IMG/VR virus record: IMGVR_UViG_3300036826_000567 | Coordinates: 1-64,000 of that record | DNA from: a virus | DNA: 64,000 nucleotides | Reading direction: 5' to 3' (one strand) | Part shown: positions 47,401 through 57,558 of the stretch, in pieces | Numbering within the stretch: position 1 is the stretch's first letter | Layout: each line of letters opens with the position of its first letter | Position numbers and translations under genes: made by a program | Notes under the pieces: generated by a model | What the model saw: only the letters and a program-made list of their open reading frames with translations | Told to the model about the DNA's origin: nothing | The model's database searches: none

Positions 47401-47686
47401 GCGTTTCCTCCAGTAACGACGTAAAAACGTTATTTAAGGCCCCTGGGAGCCAAATCTAGCCACCCTCTTAGCGTGGTATGAGTCATTTTTTCAGAGAAAG
47501 TGTCCCCTGGGGCATCCTGGGCAGCGAGAGGGGCACTTCTACGCCGCCTGTCTAACCCCACCATGAGGCAAGATTCCGCAAGCCCAAAGATTGAAATATT
47601 TGAGATGGGACACACTATTCTATATACATATTGCCACTTAGCATTTAAAGATGGTAAATATAACAATATTTTTATATACTCTCTCT

Positions 47687-48865
47687 ATGAGACGAATGTT
47701 CAGATATAAGCTTTACCGTAGTAAGCATAATGGCAGACTCCATCGCCTAATTAATATAGGCGGAGCAATTCATAATCATGTCATTGCATTGCATAAGCGC
47801 TACTATAGGCTATATAAGAAGCATCTCTCTCACTATAAGCTTAAAGCTCATCTTGCAAAACTAAAGCGTCTGCCGAAATATGCCTGGTGGAAACAACTGC
47901 GCGCTCAAGTCATTCAGAACATTGTTGACCGGATTGACAAAGGCTATGAGCGTTTCTTTCAGAGCCTGCGCGATCGCAAAGCCGGAAAGGCCACGCAGCG
48001 AGTGGGATCCCCCACATTTCGGAAGATTGCCAAGGCTAAATCGTTCACCATGACGCAAGATGGCTGGAAGCTTCTTGGTGCCAATCGCATACAAATCCAT
48101 GGCACTGTCTACAAGTTTGCCAAGTCTCGCGATATAGAAGGCACTATCAAAACGGTTACTGTCAAACGTGATGCCCTCGGAGAGTTGTATATCTACTTCT
48201 CTTGCCTTCTTGATGCACAGCCTATTGACAGAACTATGACGGGTCAAAGCGCAGGTTTTGACTTTGGGCTGACTACCTACCTCACAGGGAATGATGGCAC
48301 CGAGATTCAGGCTCCCCAACCGTTCAAGCGTAGACTGAAGCAGATTGCCCAAGCCAACCGCCGCCTCTCGCGCAAAGCGAAGAACTCTCACAATCGCAAG
48401 AAAGCTCAGCAGCACCTGGCCCGTGTCCACCGTCGCGTGGTCCATGTGCGTGAAGCATTCCACTGGCATCTTGCCCGCGACCTCTGTCAGCGCTATGACC
48501 ATATAGCCTTGGAGACACTGAATCTGCGGAGTATGCAAGCCTTGTGGGGTCGCAAGATCTCGGATCTGGGTTTTGCGGGGTTTGTGTGTATCCTGCATCA
48601 TGTCGCCTCGAAGCTAGGAAGCGTCGTTCACCATATTGATCTCTGGTTCCCCTCGACCAAGCTTTGTTCTATCTGCGGCGTACTCAATGAGCATATCACC
48701 CTTAGAGACCGCGCCTGGACCTGCGATGCCTGTGGTACAACCCACCGCAGAGACCAGAACGCGGCCACGAATATTTACCGGGAAGGGGCATCTTCCCGTG
48801 GAGAAGAGTGCATCAGACTGCCAATGGCAGCTGCGCTTGTTGATCCCAGAATCTCCCGGCTTTAG
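47687..48865 (+). CDS. tnpB: RNA-guided endonuclease TnpB (IS200/IS605 family, no tnpA)
   Basis: N-terminal FRYKLY HTH region, RuvC-I GFDFG, RuvC-II IALETL, zinc finger CSICG...CDACG, RuvC-III RDQNAA. Confidence 0.93.
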   Translation: MRRMFRYKLYRSKHNGRLHRLINIGGAIHNHVIALHKRYYRLYKKHLSHYKLKAHLAKLKRLPKYAWWKQLRAQVIQNIVDRIDKGYERFFQSLRDRKAGKATQRVGSPTFRKIAKAKSFTMTQDGWKLLGANRIQIHGTVYKFAKSRDIEGTIKTVTVKRDALGELYIYFSCLLDAQPIDRTMTGQSAGFDFGLTTYLTGNDGTEIQAPQPFKRRLKQIAQANRRLSRKAKNSHNRKKAQQHLARVHRRVVHVREAFHWHLARDLCQRYDHIALETLNLRSMQALWGRKISDLGFAGFVCILHHVASKLGSVVHHIDLWFPSTKLCSICGVLNEHITLRDRAWTCDACGTTHRRDQNAATNIYREGASSRGEECIRLPMAAALVDPRISRL

Positions 48866-48883
48866 CCGTGGGGAGTATGTCAA
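48849..48883 (+). mobile_element. IS605-family right end / 3' part of the omegaRNA scaffold
   Basis: GAATCTCCCGGCTTTAGCCGTGGGGAGTATGTCAA hairpin ending in TCAA. Confidence 0.8.
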
Positions 48884-50025
48884 CTCCCGTTCCCATGCCC
48901 CAGGTCGAGGGTGGCCTGGCGCGCATCGGCGTCCCGCTCCCGCTCGGCGTCCTCCTCAGCCTGCATGAGGTCGGGCTGCGTCGTATCCTCACCCGGGTGG
49001 ATGCCTGGGCTGCCGGCCTCTGGCCGTTTCGTCGCGGCCTTTTGCTGAAGCTTTTCTAGGAGCATCGTCAGGGTGAAGACCGTGCGTCCCCCATATTTCT
49101 GATCCATGCGCCCCCACCAATCCTTACGCTGCTCCGGGTCCATCCCCTGTGCCGCCAGGAGTGTGTCAATCTGTGCGACCAGCGCCGCGGCGCCGGGCTC
49201 TTGTTCGCCATAGAGGACGTTGATGGTCTCGGTAAGCGCGTGCGGCTGTGTCGGCGTTGGCGGCGCAGCCAGCAAGACCTGTTGCGCACCCGCAAGGATC
49301 TGCCGTGGCGTGTACTTCGGCCACAACACTGGCACGGCAAACTTCAGTGTGCCTTTGCCTTCCCCTTTCCCAGGCCGCTTGACCATGCGCTGTTCGAGAC
49401 GGAGCACGGCTTCGATAATCGTGTGCGCCTGCCCAGCCATCTGGAGCATTTCGAGCGTGCCTATGACCTCGGACGTCGCATAAAAGGCATCGTGGCATTC
49501 GAGGCGCCAAGTCCCCATCCCTGGGAGATCAGGGAGTAAGACGTTGAGCCGCAGCACCCGTGCACACGCTTTTCCTGACTTGGCCATAGATGCCCGTTCG
49601 CGGTCATTCTGAGGGCACCTGCAGGCGGTGCCCTCTAATGCCGGTTCGAGCGGACACTCGCGAATGGTTGCCCCATCACACCTCCGCTGACACCCTGAGC
49701 CGCTCCATTGCTCAAAGGATATGGAGGCCGCACTCATCGTAGGAATCAGCACATCCATGCTATTGACGGTGGTATAGAGCTCGAATTGCTGAGGACGCCC
49801 ATGCTCATCTCTCGGCGCCCCCTCACTCTCCCAGGGATGCACCTCGCCGCCATAGGCCAACGCCGCGTAGTGGAGCAGTGAGCCATTGCTCGACGTTAAG
49901 CGAAACGTGTCTAATTTATGGGGATGGGTCCCTTTGCCATTGCTATTCGCCTCGCGATTTCCTATGCGAATCCTGCCGAGTTCCGTAAGTTTTTTCGGTA
50001 AGGTTCTGACCATTGCTGTCGCCAT
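48880..50025 (-). CDS. Gp3-like recombination directionality factor-like protein
   Basis: LGRIRIG...PHKLDTFRLTS...CQRRCDG...CRC...RLNVLLPDLPGMGTWRLE...FAVPVL. Confidence 0.7.
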   Translation of the reverse strand: MATAMVRTLPKKLTELGRIRIGNREANSNGKGTHPHKLDTFRLTSSNGSLLHYAALAYGGEVHPWESEGAPRDEHGRPQQFELYTTVNSMDVLIPTMSAASISFEQWSGSGCQRRCDGATIRECPLEPALEGTACRCPQNDRERASMAKSGKACARVLRLNVLLPDLPGMGTWRLECHDAFYATSEVIGTLEMLQMAGQAHTIIEAVLRLEQRMVKRPGKGEGKGTLKFAVPVLWPKYTPRQILAGAQQVLLAAPPTPTQPHALTETINVLYGEQEPGAAALVAQIDTLLAAQGMDPEQRKDWWGRMDQKYGGRTVFTLTMLLEKLQQKAATKRPEAGSPGIHPGEDTTQPDLMQAEEDAERERDADARQATLDLGHGNGS

Positions 50026-50084
50026 TGTCTTGGGCCTTTCTTTTGTGTTACGCTAGGAGTGCATCTCGTCTCCTAGTAGGGTTG

Positions 50085-50450
50085 TTACTCCTGGGCTGTG
50101 GTTGCCCCCACGCCCGGGAGTCCTCCTTCACGCGCCATCCCGCCACAGTGATGGACGGCATGACCACGCGATTCATACAAGCACGGCCGCTCTGCCCGTG
50201 CGTTCCACCCGATGACATACATCGGGATCTCCAGGTCCACCGCCAGCCGTCTCCCATCGGCGGTGTCTCCCATGAGCACCAGCTGCCCACACGCCTCACA
50301 GGGCACGTAGCAGGGGGCTGGCTCCTTCTTGTGTTTCTTTGTCGGGACGTCCGCTGTGGGCGCCAGGCCGCTACTCACCTCGCGGGGCGCACGGCTGCGC
50401 TCCGGACTGTCGGTATCAATCTGGTCGGGCTCCAGCATAAACTCAGGCAT
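50085..50450 (-). CDS. Hypothetical zinc-ribbon protein
   Basis: AGGAGG RBS; PCEACG...HHC. Confidence 0.55.
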   Translation of the reverse strand: MPEFMLEPDQIDTDSPERSRAPREVSSGLAPTADVPTKKHKKEPAPCYVPCEACGQLVLMGDTADGRRLAVDLEIPMYVIGWNARAERPCLYESRGHAVHHCGGMAREGGLPGVGATTAQE

Positions 50451-51003
50451 GGCTCGGCTCCTCCTGCCTTGGCATGCGCACGAGGTCACACGTCCACCGC
50501 AGCGACCAGTCTCCACTCGCTCGTGGGATACTCGCCATGATCCGCGGTGCGATTTCCTCATCCCACCACGTCAGGGGGACCCACGCTCCACGTTGGTCCG
50601 ACTCCGGACCCTGGTCCCACTCCCTTCGCACATTCACGTCATAGACCATGCGGCCATACTCCACCGTCTCGGCGACTGCAACCCAATGCGTGTAGCGATA
50701 CGCCGCCCTCCCCGGCCCTCCCGGCTCGATCCAGGGGCCATGCCACTGTATGACGGCCAGGCCATAGGTCGGCCACTGGCTCCCGCGCTTGATGGCCGTG
50801 TGGCCCGCTAAGCGGATCGCGGTCCACATCGTGGAGGGCGTTACCCACGGTTTGCGGTCAAACTCGGGAAACACCCGGCGTACCCTCCGCACGAGGACGC
50901 CGAGGATGGCCGCCAGGGCGCACGGCCCACAATTGGCGCCGAAATTTTTATGAGCTTCTTCAACATCAGAAGGTGCATAAAGGTCCTCATATTTAAACAT
51001 CAT
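50443..51003 (-). CDS. Papain-fold-like hypothetical protein
   Basis: NCGPCALAA...HWVAV...YDVN, a possible Cys-His-Asp triad. Confidence 0.5.
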   Translation of the reverse strand: MMFKYEDLYAPSDVEEAHKNFGANCGPCALAAILGVLVRRVRRVFPEFDRKPWVTPSTMWTAIRLAGHTAIKRGSQWPTYGLAVIQWHGPWIEPGGPGRAAYRYTHWVAVAETVEYGRMVYDVNVRREWDQGPESDQRGAWVPLTWWDEEIAPRIMASIPRASGDWSLRWTCDLVRMPRQEEPSHA

Positions 51004-51593
51004 GCGACCTCCGGAAAATTGAGTACAGCGAACTCGCCATGATATATTCTCGCAGCCGTATCGTAGGCTTGTGCGGCATCTTCTTCTGCATAAAAGCGCC
51101 CCAAATGTATTATGCGATGATTAATCTGTACACTTGCCCGCCATTTCCCAGTCTGTTTGTCCCAAGCAACTCCTTTGAACGTCGATTTGCCCACAATTAC
51201 ACGCCGATTACAATTATTTCCACTGGCTGTTGTTATGCGAAGATTCTGGCGTCTATTGTCCAACCCATTGCCATTTCTATGGTCCGTACGCATACCAGCA
51301 GGCGACTCCATAATGAGGCGATGCATATAGATTTGGGTTTTCTTCCGTCTAAATTTTTTTGTCCGTGCCGCATATCCAGCACTGTGGTAATGCCACTTCC
51401 ACTGTGAGAGCCATTCATGGTCAATAGCATCCACTGTGGCGTAATACCCTTTGGTGAGCGGAATGAAGGCAAATAAGGTAGACTCTGGCATACTCATAGA
51501 CACATGCACCTCCAATGCGTGTGATATGGGGAGAGCCCCTTCGAGTGTTTCCAGCACTTGTGGGGCTCGTTTTTTAGTTTTAAAGAATAGCAT
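51000..51593 (-). CDS. HNH-AP2 homing endonuclease (true start may be ~100 nt further 3')
   Basis: IPLTKG...YMHRLIM...DHRNGNGLDNRRQNLR...FKGVAW...HLGRF...AAQAYD...HGEFAVLNFP. Confidence 0.88.
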   Translation of the reverse strand: MLFFKTKKRAPQVLETLEGALPISHALEVHVSMSMPESTLFAFIPLTKGYYATVDAIDHEWLSQWKWHYHSAGYAARTKKFRRKKTQIYMHRLIMESPAGMRTDHRNGNGLDNRRQNLRITTASGNNCNRRVIVGKSTFKGVAWDKQTGKWRASVQINHRIIHLGRFYAEEDAAQAYDTAARIYHGEFAVLNFPEVA

Positions 51594-51721
51594 ATACTGC
51601 TCTAATGTGCACTATAAATAGTTCTCAATTCGCGCCCCACGCCCGGTACGCGACCTCCACATCCTCAGGGGCATAGAGGTCATCGTAGGCCATGAGGCGT
51701 TGCTGGGGAACAGTCGTGTCG

Positions 51722-52544
51722 TCAGTAGTCATCATCCTCGTCCTTCTCTGCACGCTCTCGCTCGGCTTCCTGCGGCTCATAGCGGGCAGTCGCATAGGGA
51801 TCGGTGTACGGGCAATACTGCTCCGCGGCTACATGCGCCATGCGCTCCTCGCCACAGTGCTGACAGGGAGTAGTCCGGTGCGAGGGTGCGTCGCTCCTGT
51901 CTCTCGGCTCCATCACGCCTCCTCTTCCCAATTGGCATGCAAATGTTCCCAGGTCATGAGGAGATGGCGGACCAACTCAAAATCAGGTGTCTTGTCTTCG
52001 CACATCTGTTGAAACACGTCGGGCCCTTGCGTCCAATCAATGGGCAACGCCAATAACCGCTGCTGCAAGGCTCGCGCCTGCACGTAGCGGTAATAGGTCG
52101 GCGCTACGATCAACCCAGACTGGTGTGTGACGCCATAGACAATTCCCATGGCGCTGTTATGCTTCTGGATCCAGAGGCCACCCTCTAGGTCACTGCCCCA
52201 GGCTACCGACTCGTGGCATTCGCCACAGGGGCATGGTACTCTCTCGTCCTCGGGACGCTGCTGAATTGGGAAACGAATCATTCTTCCTCCTTTCCTGGCC
52301 CTCGCCGGCTCGCTATCGGGTCCGTATAGGGCAGACTTCGATGCTGCATGCCCTCCTCACTCTCAGGGATAATTACCACGGTAAACCCCTCGCCGTCGTT
52401 CACGAAAAAGGGGCCAGCGGTCATGAGGACGGTGTCCTCGACTATCGCCATCAGCGCCTCCCGCAAGCGCCGCAGGTCGTCCAGCGTCCCAACAATCATG
52501 GCATCGTCATGCCACGCCTCTTGCGCATAGATATGCAGGGTCAT
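51722..52544 (-). CDS. Three small hypothetical genes (51722-51913, 51913-52281, 52278-52544)
   Basis: Coupled ORFs with GAGG RBS sequences. Confidence 0.5.
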
Positions 52545-53440
52545 CCTACCTCCTCTCTTGCGTCCCGCCATAGGCAGCTTGCGATCCCCTTCCCATTGCG
52601 CGCAAACAGCACTTCCTGGCGGGGGTGTTTCGCAGGCGCGCATGCAAACAGGCTCGGCTGCGCTTGCGCCTGCTCAATGCGCTGACACGCCAGGTCAAAA
52701 TACTCCGGCTCTTGCTCAATCCCGATAAACGCCCTGCCTAGTTCTACGGCGGCTACGCCTGCAGTGCCAGAGCCCATAAACGGGTCAAGAATGGTATCTG
52801 GCGGCAGGGACCAACCTTGCATCACCCCTCTCGCCATCACGAGCGGCATCGGACATGGATGCCCTGGCACCGCTTCAGGCTGGATATGATCCCAGACGCT
52901 CCGACACCAGAGCGCTTTCGCCTGGGGCGAGAGTTCGGGATAGGCATAGGCGCCCGGTCGACCTCCCGGCTGCCGGGCAAACAGGCAGTGGCTGTGCTGC
53001 GTCAGCACTGCCGGGCTTCCTGGCGCGCAGATAAGTCTGCTCGCGTTCCCGCCCCAGCGCCCCCGATGCCAGATGACCGTTTCCTTGAACAAGAGCCCCG
53101 CCTCGCTCATCGCTTGGGAGATCACCGCATGGGTGTTCATGCAGACCTGCTCAGTCTGGCCCCGAGTCGCATGGGGATGTTCTGGCGAGAGGTGCATATC
53201 CTGGACCTCGACAAAGCACCAGCCCCCGGGTCGGAGAAGTTGCGCCACGGACGCCACCCAGGTCCTGGTAAACTGGAAAAACGCCTCGAGCGATGTCCAG
53301 GCCCTGCGCTCATACGCACGCCCGGCGTTAAAGGGCGGGCTGGTCAGCACCTGCCCTACGGGTTCCAGGGTCGGTAAGATCGTCAGGCAATCGCCGCGAT
53401 ACAGCGTGCAGGCGCCAATCTGCTCACACTCCGTACTCAC
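52541..53440 (-). CDS. Orphan amino-DNA methyltransferase (N4-C/N6-A, beta order)
   Basis: Motif IV TSPPF precedes motif I ILDPFMGSGT; GDCL at the N-terminus; HPCPMP. Confidence 0.88.
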   Translation of the reverse strand: MSTECEQIGACTLYRGDCLTILPTLEPVGQVLTSPPFNAGRAYERRAWTSLEAFFQFTRTWVASVAQLLRPGGWCFVEVQDMHLSPEHPHATRGQTEQVCMNTHAVISQAMSEAGLLFKETVIWHRGRWGGNASRLICAPGSPAVLTQHSHCLFARQPGGRPGAYAYPELSPQAKALWCRSVWDHIQPEAVPGHPCPMPLVMARGVMQGWSLPPDTILDPFMGSGTAGVAAVELGRAFIGIEQEPEYFDLACQRIEQAQAQPSLFACAPAKHPRQEVLFARNGKGIASCLWRDAREEVG

Positions 53441-53879
53441 TCAGCGTCTCTCCTCTCCCTGGCCTGCCCCAGACGGCGGACTTTGGTCCCGCGCTGCTTC
53501 TGGCGCACGCCCCGGCATGGCCCCACCGTGAGCGCCCCGCTGGGGTCCTTGTCCCCCCAGGCGTTCGCGATAACCTGCATGACATTGCCATAGCCCCACG
53601 TCTCGCATACGGCCAAGACGCGCTTCATCGCCTCAATCTCGCCAAAGAACCACTGACGGTTCTTCCAGTCGCTCATCCCTCCTCCTCTCCCACACGCCCC
53701 AGGCGGCGGGCTTCCTCTACCGCATCCAGGATGTCGCGGACAGCGGGGTCCACCGGCCTTGCATAGCAGTCGTCACACTGCCACACGGCGGGTAACTCCC
53801 CGACGTTGAGCCGATGGACGGCGATCCCGTCCCGCTCGGCACTCCGACCACAGTCTCTACAGATACTCAGTGCCATCAC
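53437..53879 (-). CDS. Two small hypothetical genes (53437-53676; 53673-53879)
   Basis: Coupled ORFs with RBS sequences. Confidence 0.55.
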
Positions 53880-54346
53880 GCCTCCTCTCGCTCACCCCGC
53901 CACCGGCGGTGCGCTGCTTCCATGGCCGGTACAATCTCGGCCATCGTCAAGCCCTGTGCATAGGCCGCTGACTCATGGCCCGGAAACACGGCCCGCGCAA
54001 TGGCTTCGGCAGCCTCGACTGCTGCCCGCACTTCCTCGTCGGTCATCCAGCGCTCGGGCTCACATCCCCAGGGACAGCGCAAGCGCGGGTCCTGGCTCAA
54101 TGACCACAAGCGGCAGATGAGCGGACGCACCCGATAGACACTGCACGCACCTGCCTTGAGGAGCGGACAGGTGCCGTCCGGCAGGAACTTCGGCTTCAGG
54201 GGCCGCTGGCGCTGGATGCGCCGCCATTCAACCCGTGTCATGATGATGATGCCGCAACTCTCCTGGCACTGCCGCTGACAGGCCACCCGCGGCAGCGTCG
54301 CATAGAGGGCGTCCAGTTGCGTCACGGCTTCCGCGTAGGTCATCAT
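53876..54346 (-). CDS. YkgJ-family cysteine-cluster protein
   Basis: CQRQCQESC...CPLL...CSVYRVRPLICRLW. Confidence 0.8.
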   Translation of the reverse strand: MMTYAEAVTQLDALYATLPRVACQRQCQESCGIIIMTRVEWRRIQRQRPLKPKFLPDGTCPLLKAGACSVYRVRPLICRLWSLSQDPRLRCPWGCEPERWMTDEEVRAAVEAAEAIARAVFPGHESAAYAQGLTMAEIVPAMEAAHRRWRGEREEA

Positions 54347-54367
54347 CGCTCCTCTCCTCTCCCATTG

Positions 54368-54795
54368 TTACGCCTTTGCCTCATGCAGCATGACGTACCG
54401 CTGCCGGGCCATCTGCTGTCCATGCGGGAGCAGAGCCACCCCGCGCTCCCAGGCCGCGCACACCGCACAACTGCCGCCGCCCTGATGCGCCGCGGGGTCA
54501 CATGGCAGGCGCGCCGTGGTCGGCGTCGGCAACGCGAGCACGAGGGCGCGCTGCTGCGGGCGCCGGGGCTGGGGGGTGCGGGGGTGGTTAGGCATCGCCA
54601 TTAGTCAATCTCCCTCTGTTCAAACACGCGCTCGCGGGCTTCTTCCCACACATCCTCCCAGGCCCCAAACGGATCACACTCGCAGGTCTGCGACAGCAGC
54701 GTGACGTCCAAGTCGCGGCCACGGCCACTCACCTGACATTCCAGGGCTTCACGATCACCACACTCTGGACACTGGAGCCGGAGTTCATGCGACAT
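54368..54795 (-). CDS. Two small hypothetical genes (54368-54601; 54601-54795)
   Basis: Coupled ORFs with Cys pairs. Confidence 0.45.
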
Positions 54796-56536
54796 AGTCG
54801 TTCTCCCCGTTCCAATGACGGCGCTCTGTCATATCACCGATGTCGTGATATCTCCCCACTCTCGGATCAAAACGCATGCGGACCATCCCCACTTTGCCAA
54901 TTTCCCGAAACCGAATTTTCTGAATATGCACTTCGACGCTCTGGTCGTCGGCAGCAAGGTTACGCCAGACAGCAATACAGTTATCCGGCATGTTGCGAAA
55001 GTGCGCACTCCCCGAAACGTCATAGGGCGTTGGCACGGGATACTGGCCTTCCATCTCCCCTTTCTCGATTTTCCTGAGCTTCGTCGGATGCGCGACAAGC
55101 CACACATGGACGCCATGGTGCTGGCCAAACAGTTCGAGCTTGTTGAGGACACTTCCGACATACTCTGTCTCTGTCTGCCAGGTGGGTCGTTGATGCTCCA
55201 TGCGGTTCCAGGGGTCAAGGATGAGTCCCTTGATGCCCTGGCGATAGACCTGGACTTCAGCCAATTCGAGCAGGCAGTCCAACGTCGGAGCGGTGGTCCG
55301 TGGCAAGAGAAAACTGACATGCTTGCCCAGCCAGCGCTTGCCGTGATCGAGTTCCGCCCGTGTCATCTTGGGACTTCCCTCAAACGGGATACCCAAGGAG
55401 GTTTCAATGAGGAGTGCTGCATAGCGTTGGAGCGGCAGACTTTCCAAGCTACAGATGGCAAACTGCCAATCGTGCACACTCGCCATGTTGACTGCAAGGC
55501 CACTCAGCCACTGAGTTTTGCCATGGCCTGGCACGCCAGTCACCAGGGTCAATTCCCCTGGGCGAACCGTGTAGTGACGATCCACCGTCGGCCAGCCGGT
55601 ACTGAGCCCTGGGGGAATACCATACTCGTAGATGTGGTCAATCAGGCTACTGAGGTCCTCGACGGTCACGATGCCACTCACCGGCCAGGGGGCCGCCTGC
55701 TCGATACACTCCTTCAGGACGGCTGCACCATGTGAGACCAGCACCTCGTTTGCGTCTTTACACCCACTCGACCACGCGACCGTATAGCAGCGCTCTGGCC
55801 CCACGCGTCGCGCCAACTCTTGCGCCAGTTTTACGCCGGGAGCATCCGTATCCACCGCGAGGATAATCCGCTTCAGCGGCGCGAGAAGACTTTCGGCTGA
55901 GCGGAGAAACTCAAACTTCTTCTCGTACTCCTTGCTCTCGATGGCTGGTGCCCCATCGGGCACGGAGAGCACAGACGTGTACCCCGCGACCTCCAGGGCC
56001 AAGGCATCCATCTCGCCCTCGCAGATAATCACCGTGTCCCCCTGTACATCGTCCAGGCCATAGAACAGCCGTTCCGCGCCGCCGACCATGCGAAAGTGCT
56101 TGTGGCCATCGCGGTATTTGCAGTTGACCACCTCACCCTGGCGAAAGTAGGGAAACTGGATTGTGGGCACCTCTTGTTCCAACTGCGGCATATAGACCGG
56201 GCCATAGCTAATCCGTCGCCGTGCCAAGACGTTCACGGGAATGCCGCGCCCAGCAAACCATTCAATGACGCGGCTCGGGAGCGACGTTTCCCGGTACACC
56301 GGCTTGCGATAGAGGAGCGGAGTCGCCGCAGGATTGGACTGGTGCTCTTCGCCGCCCTTCAGGCTCCCAGACCAGGCGCAGTGCCAACAGTTCCACAACC
56401 CTTTGTCCAGGTTCGCGTTGAGGCACGGATACGTCTTCTTCTTGCGGTAGGGTGAACAACGCGGGCACGTTGTTTTGATTTCTCCCGTCGTCTTGCCATG
56501 GGTCTCAATACCCAGTTCGCTCCACGTCACCATCAC
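54785..56536 (-). CDS. Primase-helicase (T7 gp4/Twinkle-like)
   Basis: N-terminal zinc finger CPRC...CWHC, TOPRIM ICEGEMDAL...VDTD, Walker A GVPGHGKT, LILDPWN, LVAHP. Confidence 0.92.
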   Translation of the reverse strand: MMVTWSELGIETHGKTTGEIKTTCPRCSPYRKKKTYPCLNANLDKGLWNCWHCAWSGSLKGGEEHQSNPAATPLLYRKPVYRETSLPSRVIEWFAGRGIPVNVLARRRISYGPVYMPQLEQEVPTIQFPYFRQGEVVNCKYRDGHKHFRMVGGAERLFYGLDDVQGDTVIICEGEMDALALEVAGYTSVLSVPDGAPAIESKEYEKKFEFLRSAESLLAPLKRIILAVDTDAPGVKLAQELARRVGPERCYTVAWSSGCKDANEVLVSHGAAVLKECIEQAAPWPVSGIVTVEDLSSLIDHIYEYGIPPGLSTGWPTVDRHYTVRPGELTLVTGVPGHGKTQWLSGLAVNMASVHDWQFAICSLESLPLQRYAALLIETSLGIPFEGSPKMTRAELDHGKRWLGKHVSFLLPRTTAPTLDCLLELAEVQVYRQGIKGLILDPWNRMEHQRPTWQTETEYVGSVLNKLELFGQHHGVHVWLVAHPTKLRKIEKGEMEGQYPVPTPYDVSGSAHFRNMPDNCIAVWRNLAADDQSVEVHIQKIRFREIGKVGMVRMRFDPRVGRYHDIGDMTERRHWNGENDYVA

Positions 56537-56656
56537 ACTGCTCCTCTCGGATGATTGCTATGGTCAGTAACGCATCACAGACAGGGCACCAGGGGCTGTC
56601 GAGTGCCGGCATGTCGGTATGGACATGCGTCGGCTCGCCTGGCGCCAGGGGGCCGG

Positions 56657-57544
56657 TCATAACTCCACATGCTCATGGTAGTAGCCGCCATTCCGTGGCC
56701 TCTTGGCCTCTGGTGGGAGTGCCTCCCATGCCTTGCGCATCCAGTTCCGCCACGCCATATTCCAATCACTGCGCCCGACCTTAAACTCATAGTCACGAAA
56801 TTTGCCGGTTTCAAAGTCGATATTTAGGCCAGGGACTTCCCTAGCAGCCCACGTGCACAATTCGTCTGTCACGGCGAAGTTTTCTGGGACAAAACGTGCC
56901 GGTCGCCGTTTCGGTTGCACAGCGGCTTGCACACCATTCACCGCTGCTAGGGTCTGAGGGGGGACTACAGGGGGGAGATCTTTGTTTTGTTTCTTAAGAG
57001 GGTTTTTATTTGGTTCATGTGGTGAACAACTGAGTTCATGTGATGAACAACCACTGATTACTGGTTGTTCATGTGGCGAACAATCAGGGCTCATATCCAA
57101 GGTATTTGAATGATTTAGCGGTTGTTCATGTGGCGAACAATGTTGTTCATCTCGTGAACAATCATCTTTAGGTTGTTCATGTGGCGAACAACCGCGATTC
57201 TTGAATTCCTCCATGTTGTCTGGCCATATATCAACAATGCGGATTTTGACCGCCTCGTGGTATCCTTCACGTTGAGTCGCGATAGTAATCAGGCCGGCCT
57301 TGGCGAGCTCTTCTTTCGCTGCGGGGATTGTTCCTCGACCGAGTTGGGCTTCTTTGGCGATAGTAGTAGTGCTCTTGCCACATTCACCATTCTCATTAGC
57401 CACGCTCTTGAGATAGACATAGAGCCACCGCGCAGGGAGTGACAGACCGCGCCCTCGCCTCCCTTTTATAAAGGTGTGAGGGAGCATCGCAAAGTATTTC
57501 CGGGATTCCCCATCGTCAGAGGTTTCATGCTTTCGTGTAGCCAT
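56657..57544 (-). CDS. HTH replication initiator protein with internal iterons
   Basis: ARWLYVYLKS...TIAKEAQLGRGTI...LAKAGLI HTH; repeated CSPHEQ; C-terminal DWNMAWRNW. Confidence 0.8.
   Translation of the reverse strand: MATRKHETSDDGESRKYFAMLPHTFIKGRRGRGLSLPARWLYVYLKSVANENGECGKSTTTIAKEAQLGRGTIPAAKEELAKAGLITIATQREGYHEAVKIRIVDIWPDNMEEFKNRGCSPHEQPKDDCSRDEQHCSPHEQPLNHSNTLDMSPDCSPHEQPVISGCSSHELSCSPHEPNKNPLKKQNKDLPPVVPPQTLAAVNGVQAAVQPKRRPARFVPENFAVTDELCTWAAREVPGLNIDFETGKFRDYEFKVGRSDWNMAWRNWMRKAWEALPPEAKRPRNGGYYHEHVEL
57013..57191. repeat. Six 17-bp iterons GTTCAT(G/C)TNNYGAACAA (putative origin)
   Basis: Copies start at 57013, 57034, 57067, 57124, 57145 and 57175; AT-rich tract adjacent at ~56980-57011. 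Confidence 0.85.
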
Positions 57545-57558
57545 GGCCGTCTTCCTAC

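Noticed and set aside
57013-57191. LexA/SOS boxes or a CRISPR-like array
   Set aside because: Geometry is GTTC-N7-GAAC rather than GAAC-N4-GTTC or GTTC-N7-GTTC, spacing is irregular and short, and the location inside the initiator gene fits iterons.
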